Assembly: GCA_973851085.1 (NCBI GenBank)
Contig: OZ316776.1
Span: 248,001 to 312,000, forward strand
Origin: Ptychomitrium polyphyllum
Taxonomy: Eukaryota
Length of the DNA: 64,000 bases
Direction: 5' to 3'
The notes under the pieces were generated by a model, which saw nothing but the letters and a program-made list of their open reading frames with translations, was not told where the DNA came from and ran no database searches. The translations under genes and the position numbers were made by a program. Shown piece after piece: positions 52,177-64,000 of the stretch (positions within the stretch are counted from its first letter, which is position 1; every line of letters starts with the position of its first letter).

Positions 52177-55100
52177 TGTCGCAACCCTTGTAATGCAACT
52201 TAGCAAGCATCACGCGCATCAACCCTGTACACCCCCACATGCACATGGTTAACCCCTATTCTCACTTTCCAAGTCTTTCTACCATTTCTCTTAGAACACC
52301 CAATTGATTAGTAGCCAATGGTTAGGTGTGGACTTCCATTCATGTCCAAGGCCTCACTTGGTGTTACTCCCATTCCACACGGCCTAACCGCACTTAGTGG
52401 TGTCTCCTCACCACCACTCATGATTCCCAGGTGATCATAAAATCACCCCAGGTCGTTATAGTGCCGGTGTGAAAACACCACCCGAACTTGCTGATAACAA
52501 GTGTACCTTTTAAATCTCACTAATTCTTTTCGTCAAACCGGCCGTCCACCGGTTCACAATGGTTTGGGAGTCCCTGTCGTGAAGCCCCAATACTAGCTCC
52601 ACCAACCGAGACTCACCCTTGGTCTCTACCGGGACACTAGGTGAGTGGGGAGGGGGACCAGCCCTCCCTTATAGTACTCTCTATGGGATTTGGTAGGCCC
52701 CCTGGCCCTCTGTAGCTGGCTGAATCCCAACACACCTAAAGTTTTGGAAGACCACCCGATCTCCCTTGGGACGTAGCCGCTGGAAGCCTCCTTGACTCCC
52801 AGCAGACCTTCGAGGAGCCATATCTTCCTCATTTGGTGCTTGAATGTATCAAGCAACTACTCTATCGTCATCTACTCTTTGCGTAGATGTCGATAGACTC
52901 CTCAAACGTCCAATTTGAAATTAGTATTGTGGAGGATACGCCTCTCCCAAAGTTTCGGACTCCCGGGGAGTCCCTCCCTGGACTGTCCCAATCCAATATA
53001 GTCACTGTGTAGGGCTGCCACAGTCCAGAACAGCCCCTTGGCAACCCCAACTTTGGAATGCCATAACTTTTAGCTCTCTTGTTCGATTTGACCAATCTTT
53101 AGCATTCTAGAATCAACTCTTTGTGATTCCTCCAATGCCCTTGATTTATCCCTTGTGGCCCTCGGTCTACATGGGCAAGGATGTTTCTCCCCTTAGGGGT
53201 TCTTCCCACGCTAGGCCCACTATATTACTTTCACTATCGGCACTACAAGTTCCAGACGTCACTTCGGGGTCTCTCTTTGTGCCCTTAGTGTTGCGGGCAC
53301 TCCTCAAGGAGAAGTGCGCGACACTCACCTCCACCTTAATAGAGTCGATGCCTTCATCGACTATACATGTAGTCGGCACACCAATTCCAAGGTTGCCATC
53401 CTCTAGTGGTGCTGCATTGTGTTTCATCCAGGGTGCGACTCCCACAATGCACTCATAAGTCTTTGGCAAAGTCTCAAAAGTGTCGTTTAGGACGTGGTCT
53501 GTTTAGGCTTCCTAGACAAAATTCTTTGGGGCCCTAAACTACTCTAGATCTACATACTTTGAGACCCTCTTGGAATACACTTCCTAGTTAGGCTACACTG
53601 CCCTAACTCTTCTTTCCTGACTAGGCTGGACCTCAATGCTCCACCAAGTTGTCTTCGTTGCAAACCCAAGGTGGCTTTTATTTCACGACTTGATTGTACA
53701 GAGGTAATGCCCAGTTTCGCCCAACCTGGATCCCACTATTTCTATTGAGACATGGGTTCATAACTCCCATGCACTAACTTTTGTTAGTTTGTAGAAGTGG
53801 CGCTATTATGAGCACGCGCCATTACCTTGTCCTCTTCCGAACAAGCCCGAGGCGAGGAGGTTTCATGGTTTTAACCATTCCTCCTCCCAGCCTTGATCCC
53901 CATTACTCGGCCTTCCCAACTTGGTTTCACATGTCTATTCCCCCTCTTCTACCAACTTAGCACAAACACAAGTCTAGGACGTCATCTTATACTCTTTTCT
54001 TTGCACACACAAAAGTTGAACTTTATTGCCATAAGCCAAGGAACCAATATATGATGTGAAGAAGTTATAACTACAAGCCACTCTCTCCCTACTAAAAGAG
54101 ATTGATGTCTTCATCAATGCCGACGTTGTCTTTTGTTGGAGTTCCTATCCCTTTCAAAGCGTTCCACCACTTCATTGGCATTTTCCAAGTCCTTGACTGC
54201 TACCAAGTTGCTTTCCTTTCATGGTACCCTCTCCACTTCATCAAATACTCTTTTCCTATTTTCTTGTGGGACCTACACTTGAGAATTCCTTCTACTTCGT
54301 ATTCCAAGTGGTTGCCCACCAATTCCCGCGGTGGCCAAATCACTTGTTTGCGATTGGGCCACAAGGTATCTTTTTTGAATGGCTTAAGGAGTGAGACATG
54401 AAATGTTGGATGCACTTTGATTTTGGGTGGTAGCTCCAACTTGTACACAATTTTAAACATCCGCTCCACAATGGAAAACGGCCCCGCAAACTTGGACATG
54501 AACTTTGGAGTGAGGCCTTCGGGCAAGCTAAAGTTCTTCAACAACACCTTTTGGCCTACTTCATACTCCACTTCACGTCTTCCGACATTGACTTGTTTCT
54601 CGTACCACTTTTGTGCCTTTTCCAACAAAAGCTTGGTCTTCTCCAATATCTATTCTCGCTTTTTAGCCAAGTCCTCACCATCTTGGTTAAACTCTAGTGT
54701 TGAATGTGAACCTCGGAGAGCTAAGTCAGCAGGCTGGAGTGGCTCCACTCCATAGGCCACCTTAAATGGCTACTGCTTTGTCGCAAAATGATTGGCCGCA
54801 TTGTAACTGAACTCCGCAAGGCTCACATAATCCACCCAATCGCACTGGTCCGCACCCACAAAGTTCCTCAAGTATTGGTTCAAGACTCCGTTCACTCATT
54901 CCGTTTGCCCATCCATTTAAGGATGGAAGGCAGTGCTAAACGTCAATTTGGTTCCAACTTTCCTAAAGAAATGTTTCTAAAAAGCACTAGTGAATTTTGG
55001 ATCTTGGTCTGATACAATCACTCTCGGCAACCCGTGATGTTTCCACCATGCATCGAGGAATAGCTTTGCGGTCTCATGTGCAGTTACGGTTCCTCTAGTT

Positions 55101-58100
55101 GGCACCATGTGCGCCAACTTGCTAAAGCGATCTACCATCACAAAGCTGGCATTATGCCCTTGCGATTCCGGAAGACTTAGGATGAAGTCTATGGACACGC
55201 TATGCCATGGACTTGGCGGGATTGGCAAAGGTTGTAATAGACCGGCTTGCTTTTGGTAAGAGGCTCTATTGAGTTGGCACTTCACACAAGTTTTCACAAA
55301 GTTGGTGATGTCCACTTTCATGCCCGGCCAATAGTACCTTCTTGACACCGCCGCTATGGTAGTTTTTTCCCTTCTATGGCCGGCTATGGGACTATCATGT
55401 TCTTCTTTCAAAACCAACAACCGTAGTTTTCCTTGAGGCACATACACCCGACTTTGTTTGTACTTGAGCAATCCCTTCTCCAACTTAATTTCCTTAAGTT
55501 TCTTACCCTTCTTAAGCTCACCAAGAAGCCTTTGTGCTTCAGAGTCCTTCATGTACCCCTCTCTTATCTTCCTTTCCAAATTGCCTTCTCCCTTGTACAT
55601 TACTCGCAGAACTTGAGTTGTATCCATTGCTTGCAACTCCTCCCGCCTACTTAGAGCATCCAGCACTACATTGTCACGCCTCGGCTTGTGGATCAAATCC
55701 ACATTCATGAGTGCCAAGGTGTCATGCCACCTCAATTGTTTTGCACTCATTTGTGCTTGCGACTCAAAGTACTTCAAGGACACGTTGTCCGTGTAGACTT
55801 TGGTTTTATGTAGGCCCAAGTAGTGCCGCCATGTTTTCAGACAATGCACTACGGCAAAGAGTTCTTCCTCGTGGTGGGCCACCACCTCTGGCACCCATCT
55901 AACTTCTTACTCTCATAGGCAATTGGCATGCCTTCTTGCATGAGCACTCCGCCAATGGCAAAGTCACTTGCATTCGTGTGAACCTCAAAGGGCTTTTCAA
56001 ACTCGGGAAACTTCAATACCGGCGGTTGTGACAACTTATCCTTGAGTTCTTGAAAATCTTGGTGACAAAATCCATTCCATACTTGGTTAGCTCCTTTCTT
56101 CAACAAGTCAGATAAAGGTCTTGCAATTTTGGAGAAGTTGCGTATGAACCTCCTATAATAATTTGCTAGGCCGAGAAATGATCTCAGCCCCTTTTGTGTA
56201 GAAGGTTGTTTCCACTTTCTAATTGCCTTTATTTTCCTTATGTTCGGCTTGATTCCATCATCCGTCACTATATGGCCCAAGAACTCAATCTCAAGTTGAG
56301 CAAACTCACTCTTTTCTCCGTTGGCATAAAGTTTGTGGTCCTTTAGTTTTTGAAGCACCACTTGAAGGTGCCTTGCATGTTCTTCCGCCGACTTGGAGTA
56401 CACCAAGATGTCATCAATATAAACAATGACAAAGTCATCCATCTCTTCTCGAAAGATGATATTTATGAAGGTCGTGAACGTCGAAGGAGCATTACACAAC
56501 CCAAATGGCATCACCAAAAATTCATAGGACCCATACCTAGTGTGGCATGCGGTCTTTGACACGTCTTCATCCGCAATGCGGATTTGATAGTAGCCCGACT
56601 TCAAGTCTATCCGACTAAAGTATTTAGCTCCCGCCAATCTATCAAAGAGGTCATTGATCTGAGGCAAAGTATAGTTGTTCTTGACGATGGCTTTATTCAA
56701 GGCTCTATAGTCGACACACATGCAGAGCTTGCCATCCTTTTTGTCTACAAAGAAAATTGGTGCTCCATATAGTAACAAACTTGGCCTATTTTAGCCTCTT
56801 TCCAACAAGTCATTCAATTGCTTCTTCAATTCCTCTAGCTCTTTTTGGTTCAACCGGTATGAAGACTTTGAAGGGGGCTCCGTTCCCGATATCACTTCAA
56901 TTTTGTGATCCACTTCTCTTCTTCGTGGTAACTCTGCGGGCAGCTCATTGGTGAGCACATCTTTGTAACCACTTAGTACATTTTGAGTGCACTTGAGAAT
57001 TGTCCTAACCTCCTTGGCACTTGGCCTATTTCCTTCTTCTTGCTCCATTCGCATCACAACTACAAATTGGTTATTCACTAATTGTTCTAAGGAGACTAAG
57101 TTCAACTTGCCTCCCGCAACCATAGGAGTCCAAGTCAACTTCAATATTGCTTCCTTCCCACCACGGCGCACTACTAATCGTGTTGGCTTTTGTTTCACAT
57201 CCACCACATGAGTTTCGAAAAAGGTATCACCTAAAATGAGGTCTACCTCATCCATTTCACATAGTGTAAAACTTTCCTTCAACTCCAATGTTCCACTGCT
57301 TAGGGCCACATCCAACACCACCTCCTTCGTCTCGTACGGTTTGCCTTTTGCAAATCACATGTTGATGGGCTTGCTAGCTTTTTGAGCCGACAAGCCCAAC
57401 ACCCTTGCTAGCTTGGAACTCATGAAGGAGTGCGTTGCTCCTGTGTCAATCAAACATGAGACATTTTTGCCATTTATTCGGATCCACCATTGAAGAGCAT
57501 GGTCTTTCAAAAAGGTCACCGCAATTGAAACTTTGTCCACCTCTTCCGGCTTTTGAACATCATAATAGTTGTCCATTTCTAAAAGAAACTCTTTCACCTT
57601 CCTAGCCTTACCTAGCCCAGAAAAAGTGCTTGGCATGTTCATTTTGGCCAACTTTTTAGTCGAAGATGAGGACTTGGAACCTTGTGCCATCAAGTGCTCA
57701 ATCAACCTCTCTTGACGTGTCTTTTCTTCTTTGCCACGCTTGAGTTCTTGGTTCACACCGTCCATGAACTCGAGCATTTTCAGGCAAAAACTTAAGTCAG
57801 TGTCCTAACTTTCTAGGCCTTCAGGTGGCTCAGGAATCCTAGCTCCTGAGTTCTCTCTACCCTCCAATGCTTCGTCTTATTGAGTTTCCTCAACTTCCTC
57901 GGTGACTCCAATGTCATTCCCTTGCTCAACGAAATCAAAGGATGGAGCCTCATTAATCGGATCGGGGTCTTTGTTCACCCTCGTGCGTGGTCATTTAGAA
58001 GCCCTGGGTTCACTGCCATCACTGGCTTTCTTCTTACCCATAGCTTCCTCGCAACGTAGCACTTAAATATTCAAAGCCTGCTCAGATATCAAATGTTGCA

Positions 58101-59238
58101 ACCCCTGTAATGCAGCTTAGCAAGCGTCACGCGCGTCAACCTTGTACACCCCCACATGCACATGGTTAACCCCCATTCTCACTCTCCAAGTCTTTCTACC
58201 ATTTTTCTAAAAATACCTAATTGATTAGTAGCCAATGGTTAGGTGTGGACTTCCATTCATGTCCAAGGCCTCACTTGGTGTTACTCCCATTCCACACGGC
58301 CTAACCGCACTTAGTGGTGTCTCCTCACCACCACTCATGATTTCCATGTGATCCTAAGATCACCCCAGGCCATCATGGTGTCGGCGTGAAGACACCACCC
58401 CAACTTAGTGGTAACAAGCATACCCTTTTAAATGTGCTAGTTCCCTCCATGAAACCGGCCGTCCACCGGCTCACAATGGTGTAGGAGTCCCTGTCGTGAA
58501 GCTCCAATACTAGCTCCACCAACCGAGACTCACCCTTGGTCTCTACCGGGACACTAGGTGAGTGGGGAGGGGGACCAGCCCTCCCTTATAGTACTCTCTG
58601 TGGGATTTGGCAAGCCCTCTAGCCCTCTGTAGCTGGCTGAACCCCGACACACCTAAAGTTTTGGAAGACCACCCAATCTCCCTTGGAATTTAGCCGCTGG
58701 AAGCCGTCGGGACTCCCAGCGGACCTTTAGGGAGCCATATCTTCTTCATCCGGTGCTTGAATGTATCAAGCAACCACTCCATCGTCATTTATTCTTTGCG
58801 TAGATGCCAATAGACTCCTCAAATGTCCAATTTGAGTTAGTATTGTGGGAGATACGCCTCTCCCAAAGTTTGGGACTCCCGGGGAGTCCCTCCTTGGACT
58901 GTCCCAATCCAATACAGTCACTGTGTAGGGCTGCCACAGTCTAGAACAACCCCTTGGCAATCCCAACTTTGGGATGCCATAACTATTAGCTCCCTTGTTC
59001 GATTTGAGTAATCTTTAGCATTCTAAAATCAATTCTTCGTGATTCCTCCAATGCCCTCGATTTATCCCTTGTGGCCCTCGATCTACATGGGCAAGGATGT
59101 TTCTCCCCCTAGGGGTCCTTTCCACGCTAGGCCCACTGGGTTACTTTCATTATCGGCGCCACAAGTCCCGGATGTCTTTCTGGGGTCCCCCTTGTGCCCT
59201 TAGTGTTGCGGGCACTCCTCAAGGAGAGGTCAGCGTCA
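52177..59238 (-). mobile_element. Gypsy chromovirus element C: LTRs 58094-~59238 and 52177-53323, iMet-like PBS, internally deleted gag, PR, RT, RH, IN, chromodomain, PPT
   Basis: LIDTGATHSF; RT ORF 55849-56778 with YIDDILVYS; IN ORF 54977-55894 (HDSPIAGH..CVKC, SIDFI); chromodomain YEVEGILKCR..EYLMKWRGY; PBS-like TGATATCTGAGC on the minus strand next to 58093; PPT 53324-53337. Confidence 0.93.
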
Positions 59239-59710
59239 GAGTAGGAGCCAAGAGTGAGTTCCAATTGGTGGAACTAGTGTTGGGGCTTCACCACGGGGAC
59301 CCCTACACCATTGTGAGTTGGTCGGTGATCAATTTCACGAAAAGAATTAGTGAGATCTAAAAGGTGCATTTGTTATCAGTAAGTTGGGGTGGTGTTTTCA
59401 CACCGGCACTATAGCGACCTGGGGTGATTTTAGGATCACATGAAAATCATGTGTGGTGGTGAAGAGACACCACTAAGTGCGGTTAGGCCGTGTGGATTGG
59501 GAGTAATACCAAGTGAGGCCTTGGACATGAATGGAAGTCCGCACCTAACCATTGATTACCAATCAATTGGGTGTTATAAGAGAAATGATAGGAAGAATTG
59601 GAAACCAAGCTTGGAACTTGGAGAGTAAAAATGGGGATTAATCATGTGCATAAAGAGGTGTACAAGGTTGATGTGCGTGACGTTTGTTAAAGTGCATTAC
59701 AAAAGTTGTT
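59239..59710 (+). mobile_element. Truncated family C LTR fragment in opposite orientation
   Basis: Collinear with the 3' part of LTR 33136-34280 (..CACTAAGTGCGGTTAGG..GCATTACAAAAGTTG). Confidence 0.85.
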
Positions 59711-60727
59711 ATTTAAAGCCATTAAGCAATTAAATTTAATTATTTTTCATCTCAACTTATTGGTATCCATGCAAAATCCATCTAATTTTCTATGTATCTT
59801 TGCTAAAAGTCTATAATGAATTATACGTATTAAAGTGGAATTTTTCATTGCTTCTTTTGATGGAATTTGACAATAAAATGAAATATAAAGTTGAAAAAAT
59901 TGATTCATGCATCCAAAATTAGGGTTTGAATTACTTTACACATTAGTAAAAATAAGGTAGTATTGAACAAATATTGAAATCTTCAGCAAATATTATTAAT
60001 ACATTTCAAAAAGTACAAGAATTTTATCAAAAATATTTGCAAAAACCAAGTTATTAATGACATGTTATTTAAAGTCAACAATTATTTAGTTTTGTATAAA
60101 AGACTCATTATTAACAATAAGAAAAGAGAATCCATATCCAATATGAGTTATTTATAGTTGTATCTTAAAAATAAGGTATCTTTAAACTTTAACAGCTAAC
60201 AAGCACAAAAAATCTTTATGTTATTTTAATCTTGCATGAAAAATAATCATTTGAGGTTTTTCCAGCATAAGCATTTAATAAAACAATTCAAGTTTTATAA
60301 CTTTAGACATTTGAGGATTAGAGTCTATAACTAATAGAAGCTTTTTAAAGCCAAGTTTGTCCAGATATGAAAGTGCTTAAAAATCACCCTATAAATGCTA
60401 TTATTGTTTCAAATGCTTGAGTTTTAGTCATCTTATTGGAAGTTGAAAAGTTTATTCTTGAGGGATTTGAAATCTTATTTGGAGGATGTTTTGAAGGATT
60501 TATTAAAGACCAAATTCAAAATTTAAATCCCTCAAGAATAGTAGTTTTGGTTTATGATCATTGATATTGTTTAAAAAGACTAAATGAACTTGTAGACCAA
60601 AAACATTGATTGGAATACATTACTCATTTTCTTTTGACAAATTTTTGATTTCTTGACAATGTTAAGATGTAAAAAGGAAACCTTAGCAAGTGTTATTTGT
60701 GAAATTCAATATTAAAGAAAGAAGTGA

Positions 60728-61050
60728 TGTTACAAATATATATCACACAATATTTTTTAAAAACTTTCCATAATTTCTAATGACTTTCAATAGCTACTAG
60801 TACTTTCTAGTAAGTTCTAAAAACCTTCCCAATTCTTTTTATAGCTTTCATAATCTTCCACCTTCATCCAAATACCTTCTTAAGAAGGTTCCATAGACTT
60901 CAAGAACATTCTAGATTTTTGTAGAAAACTTATTTAGAAATATATTTAAATGCATGGATTTCATAGTATAAATAAGAAACAACATAAAAAACATAAAAAT
61001 TTGGACAACACAAATTATAAAATTCATCCATATACTACCTTTTCTCTTAC
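60728..61050 (+). mobile_element. Very old family B-like solo LTR remnant
   Basis: TGTTACAAATATATATCAC start, AGAAGGTTCC/AGAACATTCTAG repeats, and TCATAGTATAAATA as in B LTRs. Confidence 0.5.
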
Positions 61051-61274
61051 ACTAATACTTGTTGCCAATGGCGTCTGAGTTAATCTTTGAAAACACTTCT
61101 TGCCTTGTCTAGTACCATGTTGCTTGTGCGTGTAACAGGTGGCACCCCACTGTTCGTCGTAGTCTATCCCGTCTCAACCTCAGCACTTTGCGCTGCTTGA
61201 CGGCGGCGCTGCGTCTGCATGGCAACGTCGACAGTGCTTGCGGCGTATGCCTGACCACCGCAGTCCTTCGCCGT

Positions 61275-61337
61275 CGCAATTCCCGCAATCCCCGCAATCC
61301 CCGCAATCCCCGCAATCCCCGCAATCCCCGCGATCCT
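61275..61337 (+). repeat. 9-bp tandem repeat (CGCAATCCC) x~7
   Basis: Directly visible. Confidence 0.9.
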
Positions 61338-61915
61338 GCGCCTACTCTACCGCCCCCGACCCCGCTTTTCCCCTCGATCACAGCCTCATTGCAGCCCCTT
61401 GCGCAACTCCCTCGTGTGACGCCCCCGCGCGATTTCCCACGGCAGCTAAACCCTCCGTAGTCCCCCCTCGTCCCGATCGAGGTGCCCGCCGTTGTAGTTC
61501 CCAATGTGTTCCCCTCCGATTATCGACGGCGAGGATCAACTGTGGTGATTGTCCGGCCCACCTAACACGAGGCATGGATGAAAACTCATCCAACTCAAGG
61601 CCATCGGCTCCTCTCCTTTAATCCGGGAAGGTGGTCCACTCTACACTTCTATCCCCCTAAGTGTAGAGCTTGTCACAGTAGTATCATAGTGGACATGGCA
61701 CTAGTATGTTGCAGTTGCTGAAGTGTTTATGGTAATGGAGTTTACGGTATAGCTGGGCGTCTAAGTTGGGTTATCAGCTTGAGATTTTCTTACGAACTGT
61801 GGAAGATTGAGAGTAGGTGCTCGAGTTTGGGTTGTCGTGGTGATTCTAAGGAGGGCGTGGCATTGTAAGAGTGCGCAGGCGTGGGTAATTTTTCATTGTT
61901 GGGGACGTTTGAGCA

Positions 61916-64000
61916 GTGCAAGCCTTACTCTCCGTGAGCAGGGCCCCTGCATTGGATTTAGCGAAGCTGACTGGGGGGGCACTATGTGTGGCGCCACGAG
62001 CTGGAGCGACGAGTGTTACCCTGCGAGATGGGATTGGAAGAAAACGACGAGGGCGGTTACTTGTGGATGGCCCAAGCGCGAGAGACGGGCAATGTGGGAG
62101 AAGACAGGAGTTGCGAAGGCGTGTGCTTGTGCTGGCATCGGAGTCAAACGTTGCGGCGTCTGAGGCTGACGCTCCGACTACCCCCGCAGACGCTGTCAAT
62201 TTGGGATTGGCCCTCTTCTCCAAAGTCAGGTACAGCATGGCATTGCTCCTTCTCCCTTCCACCGCATCCTTCTAGTCCATGATTATCCGTTGTGTGAGCG
62301 AACTCGAGCATGATCGATCATAACGTCTACGCTTTTTCCAATCCTTTCAGCTAAATCCTATGGATATATAAGTACTTAATGCTCCACGCTTCTAAATCAT
62401 GAACAACAATCTGATTGTTCCTCGTGCTTGGAATAGGTTTAGCTTCTGAAACTCTCCTCTCAATTGGTTCATAATCTATATGGATCATCCGCAGAGTAGT
62501 TGTGATAGATTACCTGCGTAGCACCCTTGCTTTGCTAAGTTTGGCGTCGTGGTGTCCAGGTCGAAGATGCTCTGGTGCAGTTCGACACAGCCCAGCAGAT
62601 GAATCCAAATGAAGAGGAGCCTCAAGCTGCCCCGTACAACAAGGCTTGTTGCCATGCCCGCAGGTTGGATATATCCCTTGTGTCTGTGTACAATTTTCCA
62701 GTGCCTTTTGTGTGTGGTGTTTGCTATGTCCATATGCCATCAAAATAAGTTAGAAGTTGTGCATCTAGATTTAGCTGATCCAGGAATTCTTACACAAGTT
62801 TATTGGGTTGATTGGTTACAGTGACGAAGGAGAGAAGTCCTCGCTAGCTCTTAGGCGAGCTCTCAAAGAGTACAACTTGAAATTTAGTGTCATCTTGAGT
62901 GATCCGGATATGTCCCCTTTTCGAGCAATGTCAGAATTTAAGAAGTTGCAGGATGAGGTGACGTGCATCTTGACATGGTGTTAGCATAAGCTTGGGAAGA
63001 AATGGGATACCAATGACTTCTTTAAATACATCACTAGCACATAAATCTTTCTCAGTTAACGAGTTTAGGGTACTTTATTCCCCGAGTCTGAACAGTTTCT
63101 GACATCAATCTTTTGATCTGAGCGTACTCATCTCTATGTTTCGTGCAGGCCAGGACAGGTGGAGAAGAAGTGGGCGGAAGTTTCTGTAGAAATCTGAAAT
63201 TGATTAATGAGGTGCAGGCTCCATTCAGAGGAGTTCGCAAGTTTTTCTACTTGGCTTTGTTTTCAGCGGCGGGGATTTCTACAGTTATTACTGTCCCCAG
63301 ATTCATACTTGCAATCCAAAAAGGGGAGGGGGCGCCTGGCCTAATCGAAACTTTACAGAACCTGGCCATCAATATCGGGGGTACATATTCTAGCACATTA
63401 CTTGTTTATCAATGAGGCATACCCTTCTAATCTCTGGAATCTAGATATAACTGATTTGTTATTTGTTATGATTTGATTTGTTGGCTCAATTTTCTTTGAG
63501 TTGTATTGGCAATTAGAATTTAAGATTGTGTTGTGGATAACTGTCAGTTGGTTTAGGGAGCTTGGAATTGATAAATCTATCAATGTTAACACGGAGCAGG
63601 AGGTGGGGCGTTTATTGCTTTGTACCTTTGGGAAAACAAAAAGGAAGAAGAGCAAATATCTAGAATTACAAGGGACGAAACACTTTCAAGGTTGCATGTT
63701 CGCCTGGAAACTAATTGGATAGTTGAGCTCATGCAGTTGCGAGAGAACATTCGACCGGTGAGCTTTAATCTATTGCAAATTGGTCAAGTTAGATATCAAT
63801 TTAGAAATTTACCCCTTTTTTAAAATTGATTTATCTGTATTTCTATTATTGAGTTTTCAGTTTTGAGAGCAACGAATCTGAGTGCTCGTTAATGCATGGC
63901 GATGTTAAGTGTGACTTAATGTTTTTTTTAATTTTTATCGGCAGGTAATAATTGCAGGAACGGCGGAGAACGTGGAGGAGTCGCTGCGTGCAGCTGAGAA
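61916..64000 (+). pseudogene. LPA1: LOW PSII ACCUMULATION 1 (TPR + DUF3493) homologue, probably pseudogenising; exons 61916-62229, 62560-62663, 62822-62957, 63149-63380, 63600-63757, 63945-end
   Basis: VNLGLALFSK / VEDALVQFDTA..YNKACCHA / ALKEYNLKFSVILSDPD..FRA..EFKKLQDE / LKLINEVQAPFRGVRKFFY / LWENKKEEEQISRITRDETLSRL..RP / VIIAG. The frame opens at GTG just after an in-frame TGA; exon 1 ends in phase 2 but exon 2 starts in phase 0. Confidence 0.85.

Noticed and set aside
61639..61668. 10-bp hairpin as a Helitron 3' end
   Set aside because: No CTRR terminus at the expected short distance and no associated Helitron sequence.
61846..62262. 138-aa minus-strand ORF
   Set aside because: Antisense of LPA1 exon 1.

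Overview
Eukaryotic, intron-rich plant genomic DNA. The gene set, the AT-rich decayed spacers and the Gypsy families fit a moss such as Physcomitrium patens (inferred, not verified). Intact spliced genes: a ZIM-like TIFY-CCT-GATA transcription factor (-, 8785-11484), a SYP61/syntaxin-6 SNARE (-, 18711-21222), and a 3-exon ~151-aa orphan gene (+, 39803-40538) whose core resembles bacterial histone H1-like Hc1 proteins. Two decaying genes flank the window: a Derlin-2 pseudogene (+, ~2962-4450) and an LPA1 copy (+, 61916-end) with a GTG start and an exon-phase break. About 21.8-36.4 kb and 42.8-59.7 kb are nested chromodomain-bearing Gypsy LTR retrotransposons. Target-site duplications (TSDs) and split reading frames show the two clusters are one nest broken by a ~19-kb inversion between oppositely oriented LTRs. 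The Tcn1/Tf1-like elements show a self-priming-type primer site, a -1 frameshift signal and a conserved extra ORF after pol. All coordinates and alignments were read by eye.
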